Below are positions 19,702 to 28,157 of a stretch of 64,000 nucleotides of DNA, in pieces. Each line of letters begins with the position of its first letter. Position 1 is the stretch's first letter. A program made the translations under genes and the position numbers. The stretch covers positions 1,243 through 65,242 of the forward strand of contig JAZNLU010000044.1 of NCBI GenBank assembly GCA_045579245.1, written 5' to 3'. A model generated the notes under the pieces. The model had not been told where the DNA came from. It was given only the letters and a program-made list of their open reading frames with translations, and did not search any database. This DNA is from Akkermansia sp. GTDB lineage: Bacteria > Verrucomicrobiota > Verrucomicrobiia > Verrucomicrobiales > Akkermansiaceae.

Positions 19702-21168
19702 ATGACCATAGATGAAATAAGGAAGCTGATAGCGAAAGATGAAACGCGCACGCTGGAGTTGAAAAAGACTACCGGCGAGCTTCATCGTGGCATGGAGACG
19801 GCATGCGCATTCCTGAACTCTGATGGCGGCTGGCTGATGTTTGGCGTTTCTCCTAATCTCAAAATTATCGGGCAAAACGTGACGGATGCCACGCGGCAGG
19901 AGATCGCAAACTCTCTCCGCAAGATTGAGCCCGCCGTTGATGTCGAGGTAGAGTACATCGAATTGCCGGACAAGCCGGATTTTTATGTGATTGCTATCTA
20001 TTTTGATGCCGCCAACTTCAAGAATGATCCATACTCTTTTGATGGGCGTGCTTTCTACAAAGTGGAGAGTACCACGGCGGTTATGCCCCGCACCATGTAC
20101 GAGGAGCGCCTCAAACTGAGCAACCCCCGCCGATTCAGCTGGGAGAACATGCCCAACCCCGAGCTGCGCGTAGAGGATATCGATGCCGAGATGGTGTTCC
20201 AGACCTTGCACGATGGTATTGGCGCTCGCCGCATCCCGGCCTCCAACATGACCTTGCAGACGCCGCTGCAAGTGATGCAGAAGCTGGGAGTAGCTCGCAA
20301 TGATGGTGTGCTCCTGAATGCAGCCAATGCCCTCTTTGGTATTGACCCCACTATGCAGCATATTCAGTGTAAGGTGCGATTGGCTCGTTTTGAGGGGACG
20401 AACAAGCTTGTATTCCGCGATCAGACGGTGTGCGAGGGCAATCTGTTCAAGCAATACGATGCCGTTATCGACTTCTGCCTCAAGCACCTCAACCTTGCCG
20501 GGCGCATGGATAGCAAGTTCCGTCGGGACACGCTGACCGTTCCCTACACCGCCATCAAGGAAGCGGCCATCAACATGCTCTGCCACCGCTCATGGAATGC
20601 GGATAACCTCACCCCCAGTCTGGCCATTTATGATGACCGCATGGTATTCCAGAATCCCGGTGCATTCCCGCCCGGTATGAGCTGGAAAGATTTTGTGGAC
20701 GACAGCATAGGCTCCATGCCCCTCAATCCCACTATCGCCAACGTCTTCTACCGCCGTGGCACCATGGAATCCTGGGGGCGCGGCATCTCCCTCATCATGC
20801 AGAGCTGCCGTGAGCAAGGCCTCCCCGAGCCCAAAATTGAAATTGTCCCCAATTTCGTGAACCTCACGATTTGGTTTAAAGATTTGTTGTCTGCACAAGA
20901 CTCACCCCAAGTCACCCCCCAAGTTACCCCCCAAGTCTCCCCCCAAGTACATGTGGCAAATCTGCAACCTGACGTTGCAGCCATTCAAGGCAAAATTATC
21001 AACTTCTGTCGTACCCCCCGATCCTTGGTTGAAATCAGCGAAATGCTTGGAGTTAAGGATAAGAAATGGGTGAAAGATAAGTACATGAAGCCGATTATCG
21101 GCACTAAACTCGTACTCACTATTCCCGATAAACCTAATAGCCGTTACCAAAAATACCGTACTATTTGA
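19702..21168 (+). CDS. AlbA_2 (Schlafen-like) + HATPase_c_4 + C-terminal wHTH protein (often misannotated as RecG-like/ATP-binding protein)
   Basis: The N-terminus reads IRKLIAKDETRTLELKKTTGELHRGMETACAFLNSDGGWLMFGV (AlbA_2). There is a PQVTPQVTPQVSPQV linker and a C-terminal ...LVEISEMLGVKDKKWVKDKYMKPIIGTKLVLTIPDKPNSRYQKYRT tail typical of this family. I use the start at 19702 because the track ATG at 19660 lies inside the predicted promoter. Confidence 0.7.
   Translation: MTIDEIRKLIAKDETRTLELKKTTGELHRGMETACAFLNSDGGWLMFGVSPNLKIIGQNVTDATRQEIANSLRKIEPAVDVEVEYIELPDKPDFYVIAIYFDAANFKNDPYSFDGRAFYKVESTTAVMPRTMYEERLKLSNPRRFSWENMPNPELRVEDIDAEMVFQTLHDGIGARRIPASNMTLQTPLQVMQKLGVARNDGVLLNAANALFGIDPTMQHIQCKVRLARFEGTNKLVFRDQTVCEGNLFKQYDAVIDFCLKHLNLAGRMDSKFRRDTLTVPYTAIKEAAINMLCHRSWNADNLTPSLAIYDDRMVFQNPGAFPPGMSWKDFVDDSIGSMPLNPTIANVFYRRGTMESWGRGISLIMQSCREQGLPEPKIEIVPNFVNLTIWFKDLLSAQDSPQVTPQVTPQVSPQVHVANLQPDVAAIQGKIINFCRTPRSLVEISEMLGVKDKKWVKDKYMKPIIGTKLVLTIPDKPNSRYQKYRTI
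20905..20950 (+). repeat. 12-nt tandem repeat x3.8 (CCCCAAGTNNCC) inside the AlbA_2 gene
   Basis: ccccaagtcacc / ccccaagttacc / ccccaagtctcc / ccccaagtac, in frame, encoding PQVT-PQVT-PQVS-PQV. Confidence 0.85.
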
Positions 21169-21256
21169 AACAATCATCCACCAATAGGAGAAAGAACCGA
21201 TAAACAAACAGAATAACGCATTCTTCTTATTATTAATATCTCGCAATTTATTCGCT

Positions 21257-23053
21257 ATGAAATTAGAAAAATTTAAAGTCTCGAATTTTCGCTCAGTAAA
21301 GGATAGTGCCTGGATTGAAACAGATAATATCACTACTCTCGTCGGAATTAACGAATCAGGAAAAAGCAACATCTTATTAGCCCTTTGGAAATTAAATCCT
21401 GCCAGTGGTGGAAAAATCGATTATAAGATCGATCTTCCCATAGCCAGATTAAGTGAAGACAGGCATAAACTGGACGAAATAGTTTTTATAGAGGCTGTTT
21501 GTAAAATCACGGAAGAAGAACAACAATTAATTATACAAGAAGCAGGAATAGAGGAAGTCCCGGATGATTTAAATTTAGCTTCGATTACAGTTTGTCGAAA
21601 ATATGATAATACATACGTGATAAAAGACGCTAACGACAATCTGATAGAGAATGATCTTCACAATAAAATAAAGCAACATTTACCTAAGTTTATATATTAT
21701 TCGAATTATGGTAATTTATCTGGGAAAATATATCTTCCGCATGCAATAGCATGGCAAGAGGGCAGAGATGTGCCAGGTATAAAGAAAAATGAAGATCAGG
21801 AGAGAACCACCAACGTTCTTTTCAAATTCGTTGATCTGGATCCTAAAGAACTCATACAACTGAGCGATACAAATCAAGCAAATAGGATAAATAACAATCC
21901 TTCCGAAGAAAGCATCAAAAAGAAGCATTCTGATTTGCATGAGCGTTTTGCTCTACTTCAATCAGCAGGCAGTCGATTATCACGCGAGTTTAAAGCTTGG
22001 TGGAAACAAGGCGAATACAATTTTCGCTTTGACGCGAGCGGGGAATATTTTGCAATATATGTTTCAGATAACATAAGAAAAGAAGAAGTTCCGTTAGATC
22101 TTCGAAGCACAGGACTTCAGTGGTTTTTAAGCTTTTACTTAATTTTCCTAGTGGAAAGTGAGAATAGACATAAGGATTGCATATTACTTCTAGATGAAGC
22201 GGGATTGACGTTACATCCATTAGCACAAAAAGATTTAGCCGCTTTTTTTGAGACACTAAGTGAATCCAATCAAATAGTACATACCACACACTCACCTTTC
22301 ATTGTTGATGCAGCTCATCTCGACCGCTGTAAATCCGTAGCTATAGACGATGAAGGCTATACATATGTAACATCTGATCTAAGAAGAGGATCAAAAAATA
22401 AGATTAAAGAAAAATCAATATATGCATTACATGCAGCATTAGGACTCGGTTGCTCTGATGTTCTTTTTCACGGATGTCAATGCGTCGTGGTAGAAGGTAT
22501 CTCGGATCAATATTATTTAAATGCCATAAAATTATTCCTTTTACACAATAAGTCTATCTCCTATCAGCGAGATATGTTATTTCTTCCCTCCGGTGGGGTA
22601 AAAAACATACCATCTATAACGTCAATAATTAGCGGAAAAATGGACAATCTTCCTCATGTAATAATAGATTCTGATGAGGCCGGAGAATCCTATCATAAAA
22701 AGCTTAAGGATCAACTATACAAAGATGTTGATTGTAAAATTCACATGGTAGGAAAATATCTAGAGCAAAATAACGCAGAAATCGAGGATTTGATTCCTCC
22801 CAATATTATGGAAAGAGTCGTAGCTCCCTATCTTCACAACGAAGATATGAATCCTTTCACTATATCAGTAGGATCTCCATGCGTCAATCAAATAGAAAAG
22901 TTTGCAGCCAATAATGGCGTGACGTTGCCCAATGGTTGGAAAGTTGATGTTGCAAAGAAGGCGAAGTTCGTTCTTTCAAGGACACCGATGGAGCAAATTG
23001 AAAAGAAGTACTTCGACATCTGGGTAAAACTTTTTGATGCTATATCTCAATAA
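21257..23053 (+). CDS. OLD-family nuclease (ABC-type ATPase + TOPRIM), stand-alone
   Basis: Walker A LVGINESGKSNIL, an ABC-signature-like LRSTGLQWFLSF, Walker B CILLLDEAGLTLHP and an H-loop VHTTHSPFIV. The TOPRIM part has CVVVEGISDQYYLN (Glu) and VIIDSDEAGESY (DxD). The gene is AT-rich: my spot counts of two 60-nt lines gave 38% G+C. Confidence 0.8.
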   Translation: MKLEKFKVSNFRSVKDSAWIETDNITTLVGINESGKSNILLALWKLNPASGGKIDYKIDLPIARLSEDRHKLDEIVFIEAVCKITEEEQQLIIQEAGIEEVPDDLNLASITVCRKYDNTYVIKDANDNLIENDLHNKIKQHLPKFIYYSNYGNLSGKIYLPHAIAWQEGRDVPGIKKNEDQERTTNVLFKFVDLDPKELIQLSDTNQANRINNNPSEESIKKKHSDLHERFALLQSAGSRLSREFKAWWKQGEYNFRFDASGEYFAIYVSDNIRKEEVPLDLRSTGLQWFLSFYLIFLVESENRHKDCILLLDEAGLTLHPLAQKDLAAFFETLSESNQIVHTTHSPFIVDAAHLDRCKSVAIDDEGYTYVTSDLRRGSKNKIKEKSIYALHAALGLGCSDVLFHGCQCVVVEGISDQYYLNAIKLFLLHNKSISYQRDMLFLPSGGVKNIPSITSIISGKMDNLPHVIIDSDEAGESYHKKLKDQLYKDVDCKIHMVGKYLEQNNAEIEDLIPPNIMERVVAPYLHNEDMNPFTISVGSPCVNQIEKFAANNGVTLPNGWKVDVAKKAKFVLSRTPMEQIEKKYFDIWVKLFDAISQ

Positions 23054-23307
23054 GGGGATTATAGTTATCGACTCTTTTATTTTAAGCAGGGATATATTCT
23101 CTTCCTCTCATGTTGCTCAATGTGCAATACATATCTGGTGGAGGATATTGTGGATGCTACCTTAGTAGAAGGGTAACAATTCGCCGAGAGAAATCTGTGG
23201 TGATTCATTGCATGTGATTACCGCTTAAGCCAGATTATTCCCATGAAGTTGCTCGGAATCAGATGCCTTAAAATTTTGTACAAGCTGCCTCAACTGGCCG
23301 TTCTAGC

Positions 23308-23336
23308 TTGACATAGCGCCTAAAAATCTGTATATT
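23308..23336 (+). promoter_or_regulatory. Near-consensus sigma70 promoter for the BREX operon
   Basis: TTGACA (23308-23313), a 17-nt spacer, then TATATT (23331-23336), 80 nt upstream of the brxA ATG. Confidence 0.5.
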
Positions 23337-23343
23337 TTTTACA

Positions 23344-23382
23344 CTTCCAGCTTCGGCGTTTTTGCTGAATATAGGCTGGAAG
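23344..23382 (+). promoter_or_regulatory. Inverted repeat just downstream of the BREX promoter (operator or 5'-UTR hairpin)
   Basis: CTTCCAGC (23344-23351) and GCTGGAAG (23375-23382) form an 8-bp perfect inverted repeat with a 23-nt spacer. Confidence 0.35.
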
Positions 23383-23416
23383 ATAATATTCTTAATCACT
23401 ATGTTCCAAAGCGTTT

Positions 23417-24046
23417 ATGACTCGTAAAAATCAGCCAGCAAGGGTGAATACTAGCCCTTACTGTGGAGCCATAACGCAGGAGCAATTTTTGTTTTACGAA
23501 ATGCGGACTACGGCCAGACTGTTGGTCGAGTCCGGTTCTGATGAAGATGTTGTCGACCGCATCATTGCGGAAAACCTGTACCAATACCCCTCTGAGCGCT
23601 CACTGCGTAAGGTGGCTTTAGGGTGTGTCCGCCGGCTCCGGGCATTGGATGATATGTCGTTGGTGGAGGTTATCTCCACTCAGTCTTTTGATGTTGCCAA
23701 ACAGGTGTGCCTGTATGCCATGATGAAGCAGAATCGCCTCGTGTGCGATTTCATGCTGACCGTGGTAGGCGAAAAATACCGCACGCACGATGATTCTTTC
23801 AGCAAGGCGGACTTGAACGCCTTCTTCCTCCGCTTGCAGGAGCAGGACGATAAGGTAGCCTCTTGGAGTGATAGCACTATTTCCAAAATCAAGCAGGTTC
23901 TCAAGCGAATCCTGCTGGAGAACGGCTATCTCGAAAAAGGCAAGGAAGACCGTCTTTGCCCGGTCTTGCTGCATTTTGTACTGGAAAACGCTCTCCGCCA
24001 TAACGGAGATGAGCGCATGTTACCCGCCTTCAACCAATTTGCGTAA
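23417..24046 (+). CDS. brxA: BREX protein BrxA (DUF1819)
   Basis: 209 aa and first gene of the canonical six-gene order. It has the helical DUF1819-like pattern (…IIAENLYQYPSERS…). Confidence 0.8.
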   Translation: MTRKNQPARVNTSPYCGAITQEQFLFYEMRTTARLLVESGSDEDVVDRIIAENLYQYPSERSLRKVALGCVRRLRALDDMSLVEVISTQSFDVAKQVCLYAMMKQNRLVCDFMLTVVGEKYRTHDDSFSKADLNAFFLRLQEQDDKVASWSDSTISKIKQVLKRILLENGYLEKGKEDRLCPVLLHFVLENALRHNGDERMLPAFNQFA

Positions 24047-24058
24047 CCCGTCGGCAAC

Positions 24059-24616
24059 ATGGCAACAATAGGAGAGAGTCTGGATAAGCTTCGCCGCCAC
24101 ATGCAGGAGTCTGATTTCCTGGAGGGCAAAGGACTGAGCAATGAGGTCAACATCCGCATGTTCTGCTACAACGCCAAGGATGAAATGACTGTGCGTCGCT
24201 TCATCGAACAGATAACTGCGGATTCCTCGCTGGCCTGCCGCATTGTCGAACGCAATCTTTACGAGGTATTCCTCTCCCTTTGTGAAGAGCAGGATATCAT
24301 GGACGGCATTCTGGAAATGGAAGAAGCGGATGGCTCTGACTATCTTCTGGAGCAGCTCCAGATGTCTTTCGGCGTGGATGAATACATCGGCAAAATCCAA
24401 TACGAGCCACATCTGAAAGGCGATATCCTGATGCTCACCGGCGTGGGCGATGTCTTCCCGTTCATGCGTGTGCATTCTCTACTGGAAGCCTTGCAGCCTC
24501 ATTTCGATGACATCCCTATTCTGGTGATGTATCCGGGAACCTTCGACGGCAATTCCTTGCGTTTATTCAACACCTTGGCACCTAACTCTTACTACCGGGC
24601 ATTCAACGAAATCTAA
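24059..24616 (+). CDS. brxB: BREX protein BrxB (DUF1788)
   Basis: 185 aa. LSNEVNIRMFCYNAKDE, then DILMLTGVGDVFPFMRVHSLLEALQ and PILVMYPGTFDGNSLRLF match the DUF1788 pattern. Confidence 0.8.
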   Translation: MATIGESLDKLRRHMQESDFLEGKGLSNEVNIRMFCYNAKDEMTVRRFIEQITADSSLACRIVERNLYEVFLSLCEEQDIMDGILEMEEADGSDYLLEQLQMSFGVDEYIGKIQYEPHLKGDILMLTGVGDVFPFMRVHSLLEALQPHFDDIPILVMYPGTFDGNSLRLFNTLAPNSYYRAFNEI

Positions 24617-24623
24617 GACACCT

Positions 24624-27600
24624 ATGAAGATCCAGAACATTTTTCAGGAGGACATCAACCGCTCTATCAACGGCGTTATCAAAGTTGATCAGTCTGCGGC
24701 AGAAGTCATCGAGCAGGAAGTGCGTGAGTACGTTATCACCAAGGAACTCCGCAAACACTTTGCTGCATTCTTCAATTTCTACAGCGAATCATTAACCGTC
24801 CCTACACACGACATCGGCGTATGGATTTCCGGTTTCTTCGGCAGCGGTAAGTCCCACTTCCTGAAGATGCTCTCTTACATTCTGGAGAACAAGCCTGTGG
24901 GCTCTTCTACCACAGTAGACATGTTCCGTCAGAAGTTTGCGGATGACCCTGCCGCCTTCCTGCCCATCGATCAATCCACCAAGGGCACCACCGAGACCAT
25001 CCTTTTTAATATCGATGTCGCCGGCCTGAATAAAGACAAGGATGCCGTGAAGCGCGTCTTTGCCAAGATGTTCTACAACCACCTTGGCTACTTCGGCGAG
25101 AATCTGGAGGTCGTTCAGCTGGAGCAATACCTCGCCGGCACCGGCAAGTCGGAGGCTTTCCGTCAGGCTTTTGCTCAGTCCTCCGGCAAGAGCTGGGAGG
25201 ACTCCCGCCGTAACTATAAGTTTGTTGCCAAGCATGTTCGTACCGCCTTGGTGCAATCTCTCGGCATGAGCGAGGAGGATGCCGTCCGCTGCACCCAGGG
25301 CAAGCAGACGGTTGAGCTTTCTGTAGAGTCGCTTGTTCAGGATATCAAGAACTTTGTGGCTTCCAAACCGGACAACTATCGACTTCTGTTCATGATTGAC
25401 GAGGTGGGCCAGTATGTCGGCACCGATACCAGTCTGTTGCTCAATCTGCAATCCCTTGCGGAAAATATCGGTAGCGTATGCCAGGGCAAAGTCTGGATTG
25501 TCTGCACCGGGCAGGAAGCCATTGATGAAATCATCAAGGTGCGCTCGGATGAGTTCTCCCGCATTCAGGCTCGTTTCAAGACACGCCTTTCTCTTTCCTC
25601 ATCCTCGGTGGATGAAGTGATTCAGAAGCGCGTGCTCAAAAAGACTCCCGCAGCCGAGCAGGAGCTGGAATCCGTCTATGGTGTCAACTCTTCAACCCTG
25701 CGCAATCTTTTCACGTTCAAGGATGCTCAGGCGGACATCAAGGGCTTTGCTTCTGCTGCGGACTTCGCCATCAATTTCCCCTTCATTCCGTACCAGTTCA
25801 TCATCATGCAAAAGGTATTTGCAGAGATTCGCCGCCACGGCAATTCCGGCAAGCACCTTTCCGGTGGTGAGCGTTCCATGCTTTCCGGGTTCCAGGAGGC
25901 CGCACAAAAAGTGCAGCAAGGCGATGAAAACACACTCGTGCCCTTCTTCCGCTTCTACGATACCGTCCACTCCTTCCTCGACAGCACCATCCGTCAGGTT
26001 ATCGAGCGAGCCGATCGTGCCGCCCAGTCTGCCGATATCCTCAAACCTTACGATGTGGATGTCCTGAAGCTCCTGTACCTTATCCGCTACATCGACAATG
26101 ATATTCCGGCCAACATCGACAATATCGTCATCCTCATGGCAGATGATATCCGTGCGGATAAAATCACCATGCGTCAGCAGGTGCGCGAATCGCTCGACCG
26201 TCTGCATTCGCAGAACTACATCGGACGTAGCGGTGAGAATTACAACTTCCTCACCAATGAGGAACAGGATATTCAGCGTGCCATTCGTAACGAAACGTCG
26301 GTGGATACCGCCACGATTGTGGAGCGCATTTCGCAGATAATCTACGCAGATATCTACACAACTCGCAAGTTCCGCTACAACAAGGACTATGATTTTGAGT
26401 TCGATCGCTATGTGGACGGCTGCGCTGTGGGCAATACCACAGGTGGCATGTGCCTGCGCTTCCTGACCGTGGCGACCGATGCCGCTGATAAGGCTCCCAT
26501 GAAGCTCATGACGGATTCCGTCAATCAGGCTATCGCCGTACTCCCGGAGACGGATTACTTCACCTCATTGGAACAGGCCGAGAAGATTCGCAAGTACATC
26601 AAGCAGCGCAATGTTTCCGTGCTCGCTAAATCCACGCAGGATATCATTCGCGCTCAGCAGGAGGAAGCCACCCGCCTGGATGCAGCCGCAAAGGAGGAGC
26701 TCACCAAGGCCATCCTTGCCGCTGATTTCTATGTGGCAGGCGAGCGTATTACCGAGAGAGCTGTCGATGCCAAAGGCAAGATTGAACTGGCTCTGCGTTA
26801 TCTGGTGGGGAATCTCTATCGAGAGCTGGATCAGATGGAAGTTCTGACCAGTTCTGAAGCAGACATCTCCATGATTCTCACCGGCAACGCCGGCAACCTG
26901 CAAGGTCTGGAGGATAACCAAGGCGCGCTCGCTCTGGTGGAGGAATATCTCACGATGCAGCATGCCAGGAACCTGCCCACGTCCATGCACGACATCCGCT
27001 CTCGCTTCTCTGCTATTCCCTACGGCTGGCGTGAGGTAGATATCGCTGCCTTGGTCGCTCGCCTTGTTGTGGCGCAGAAAGCCACGGTTAAATACCAGGG
27101 CAATACCATCCCGGCGTCTCATCCCAAGCTGTCGGATATGCTGCTCAAGAAGACTGAAATCGGCAAGACTCAGATTTCCAAGCGAGAGGTGATTTCTGCC
27201 AGCAAAATCAAGGACACCCGCGACTTCTTGCGGGAATATCTGGATATCATGTATGTCCCCTCCAAGGAAGACGACCTGGTGGCCTTCATCATCGAGCAGT
27301 TCTCTACCCGCCGCAGCGAGCTGCTCACCATGCAGGGCTACTATTCCGAACAACCTTATCCCGATCGCCAGCTGGTTGACGCAGCTTTGCGTTTGGTGAA
27401 TGAGGTGCTCGACCAAAAGGCTGATAATATCGCACTAATCAATTTCATCGTCAAGAAACAGGATGCTCTGCTGGATAGTAAAGATAATCTTCATCGCGTG
27501 GAGGAGTTCTTCAGGAATCAGCGTCCTGTTTTCGATGCCGCCGTCAAGCTCCTGCTCAGCCTGAAATACGATGCAGACTATCTGAATGATGTTCCCGAGG

Positions 27601-28145
27601 CAGAGACAGCGCTGGCTTCCATGCAGGATATCTGCTTCATGCAACCGGGGCAGAAGTTCAATTATCAGCGCATCCCTGAGCTTAACAGTCTGATTTCCAC
27701 GGTGCAATCCATTCATTCGGATATGCTCGCCGCTAAGCGTGAGGAACTGCTGGAAACCGTGCGCCAGTGCATGAGCGATGTTCATACCGCAGCCGGCACA
27801 GATCCCCGCTTCCGGGATGTCATTGCTCAATCTGACCGCTACTATCAGCAGAAGAAAGCGGACATTGCTGGCTACACGACCCTTACCTTGTTGGATGGCC
27901 TTACCGCACAGCTGGCAAAGATGAAGGATGAAGCTCTGGAACGTATCGAGGAGATCTCACGCCCGCTTCCGCCCAAGCCTGTTCCCGCGCCGGCGCCTCA
28001 GAAAAAGTATCGCTTCCTCAACCGCGCTGTGGTATTCCCCACCCGCAAGCTGGAAACGCCTGCCGATGTGGATGCTTATGTGGAGAGCCTGCGCGACAGT
28101 CTGAAGAAGTGCCTGGCTGAGTGTGATGGAGTGGTGATTAAGTAA
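24624..28145 (+). CDS. brxC: BREX ATPase BrxC/PglY
   Basis: 1173 aa. It has a P-loop WISGFFGSGKSHFLKML and a Walker B-like LLFMIDEVGQY, with the position and size typical of BrxC. Confidence 0.9.
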   Translation: MKIQNIFQEDINRSINGVIKVDQSAAEVIEQEVREYVITKELRKHFAAFFNFYSESLTVPTHDIGVWISGFFGSGKSHFLKMLSYILENKPVGSSTTVDMFRQKFADDPAAFLPIDQSTKGTTETILFNIDVAGLNKDKDAVKRVFAKMFYNHLGYFGENLEVVQLEQYLAGTGKSEAFRQAFAQSSGKSWEDSRRNYKFVAKHVRTALVQSLGMSEEDAVRCTQGKQTVELSVESLVQDIKNFVASKPDNYRLLFMIDEVGQYVGTDTSLLLNLQSLAENIGSVCQGKVWIVCTGQEAIDEIIKVRSDEFSRIQARFKTRLSLSSSSVDEVIQKRVLKKTPAAEQELESVYGVNSSTLRNLFTFKDAQADIKGFASAADFAINFPFIPYQFIIMQKVFAEIRRHGNSGKHLSGGERSMLSGFQEAAQKVQQGDENTLVPFFRFYDTVHSFLDSTIRQVIERADRAAQSADILKPYDVDVLKLLYLIRYIDNDIPANIDNIVILMADDIRADKITMRQQVRESLDRLHSQNYIGRSGENYNFLTNEEQDIQRAIRNETSVDTATIVERISQIIYADIYTTRKFRYNKDYDFEFDRYVDGCAVGNTTGGMCLRFLTVATDAADKAPMKLMTDSVNQAIAVLPETDYFTSLEQAEKIRKYIKQRNVSVLAKSTQDIIRAQQEEATRLDAAAKEELTKAILAADFYVAGERITERAVDAKGKIELALRYLVGNLYRELDQMEVLTSSEADISMILTGNAGNLQGLEDNQGALALVEEYLTMQHARNLPTSMHDIRSRFSAIPYGWREVDIAALVARLVVAQKATVKYQGNTIPASHPKLSDMLLKKTEIGKTQISKREVISASKIKDTRDFLREYLDIMYVPSKEDDLVAFIIEQFSTRRSELLTMQGYYSEQPYPDRQLVDAALRLVNEVLDQKADNIALINFIVKKQDALLDSKDNLHRVEEFFRNQRPVFDAAVKLLLSLKYDADYLNDVPEAETALASMQDICFMQPGQKFNYQRIPELNSLISTVQSIHSDMLAAKREELLETVRQCMSDVHTAAGTDPRFRDVIAQSDRYYQQKKADIAGYTTLTLLDGLTAQLAKMKDEALERIEEISRPLPPKPVPAPAPQKKYRFLNRAVVFPTRKLETPADVDAYVESLRDSLKKCLAECDGVVIK

Positions 28146-28157
28146 TGCTTTGATATC

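Noticed and set aside
21257-23053. Gabija (GajA) assignment for the OLD-family protein
   Set aside because: No UvrD-like GajB helicase lies adjacent on either side, so I call it a solitary OLD nuclease rather than Gabija.
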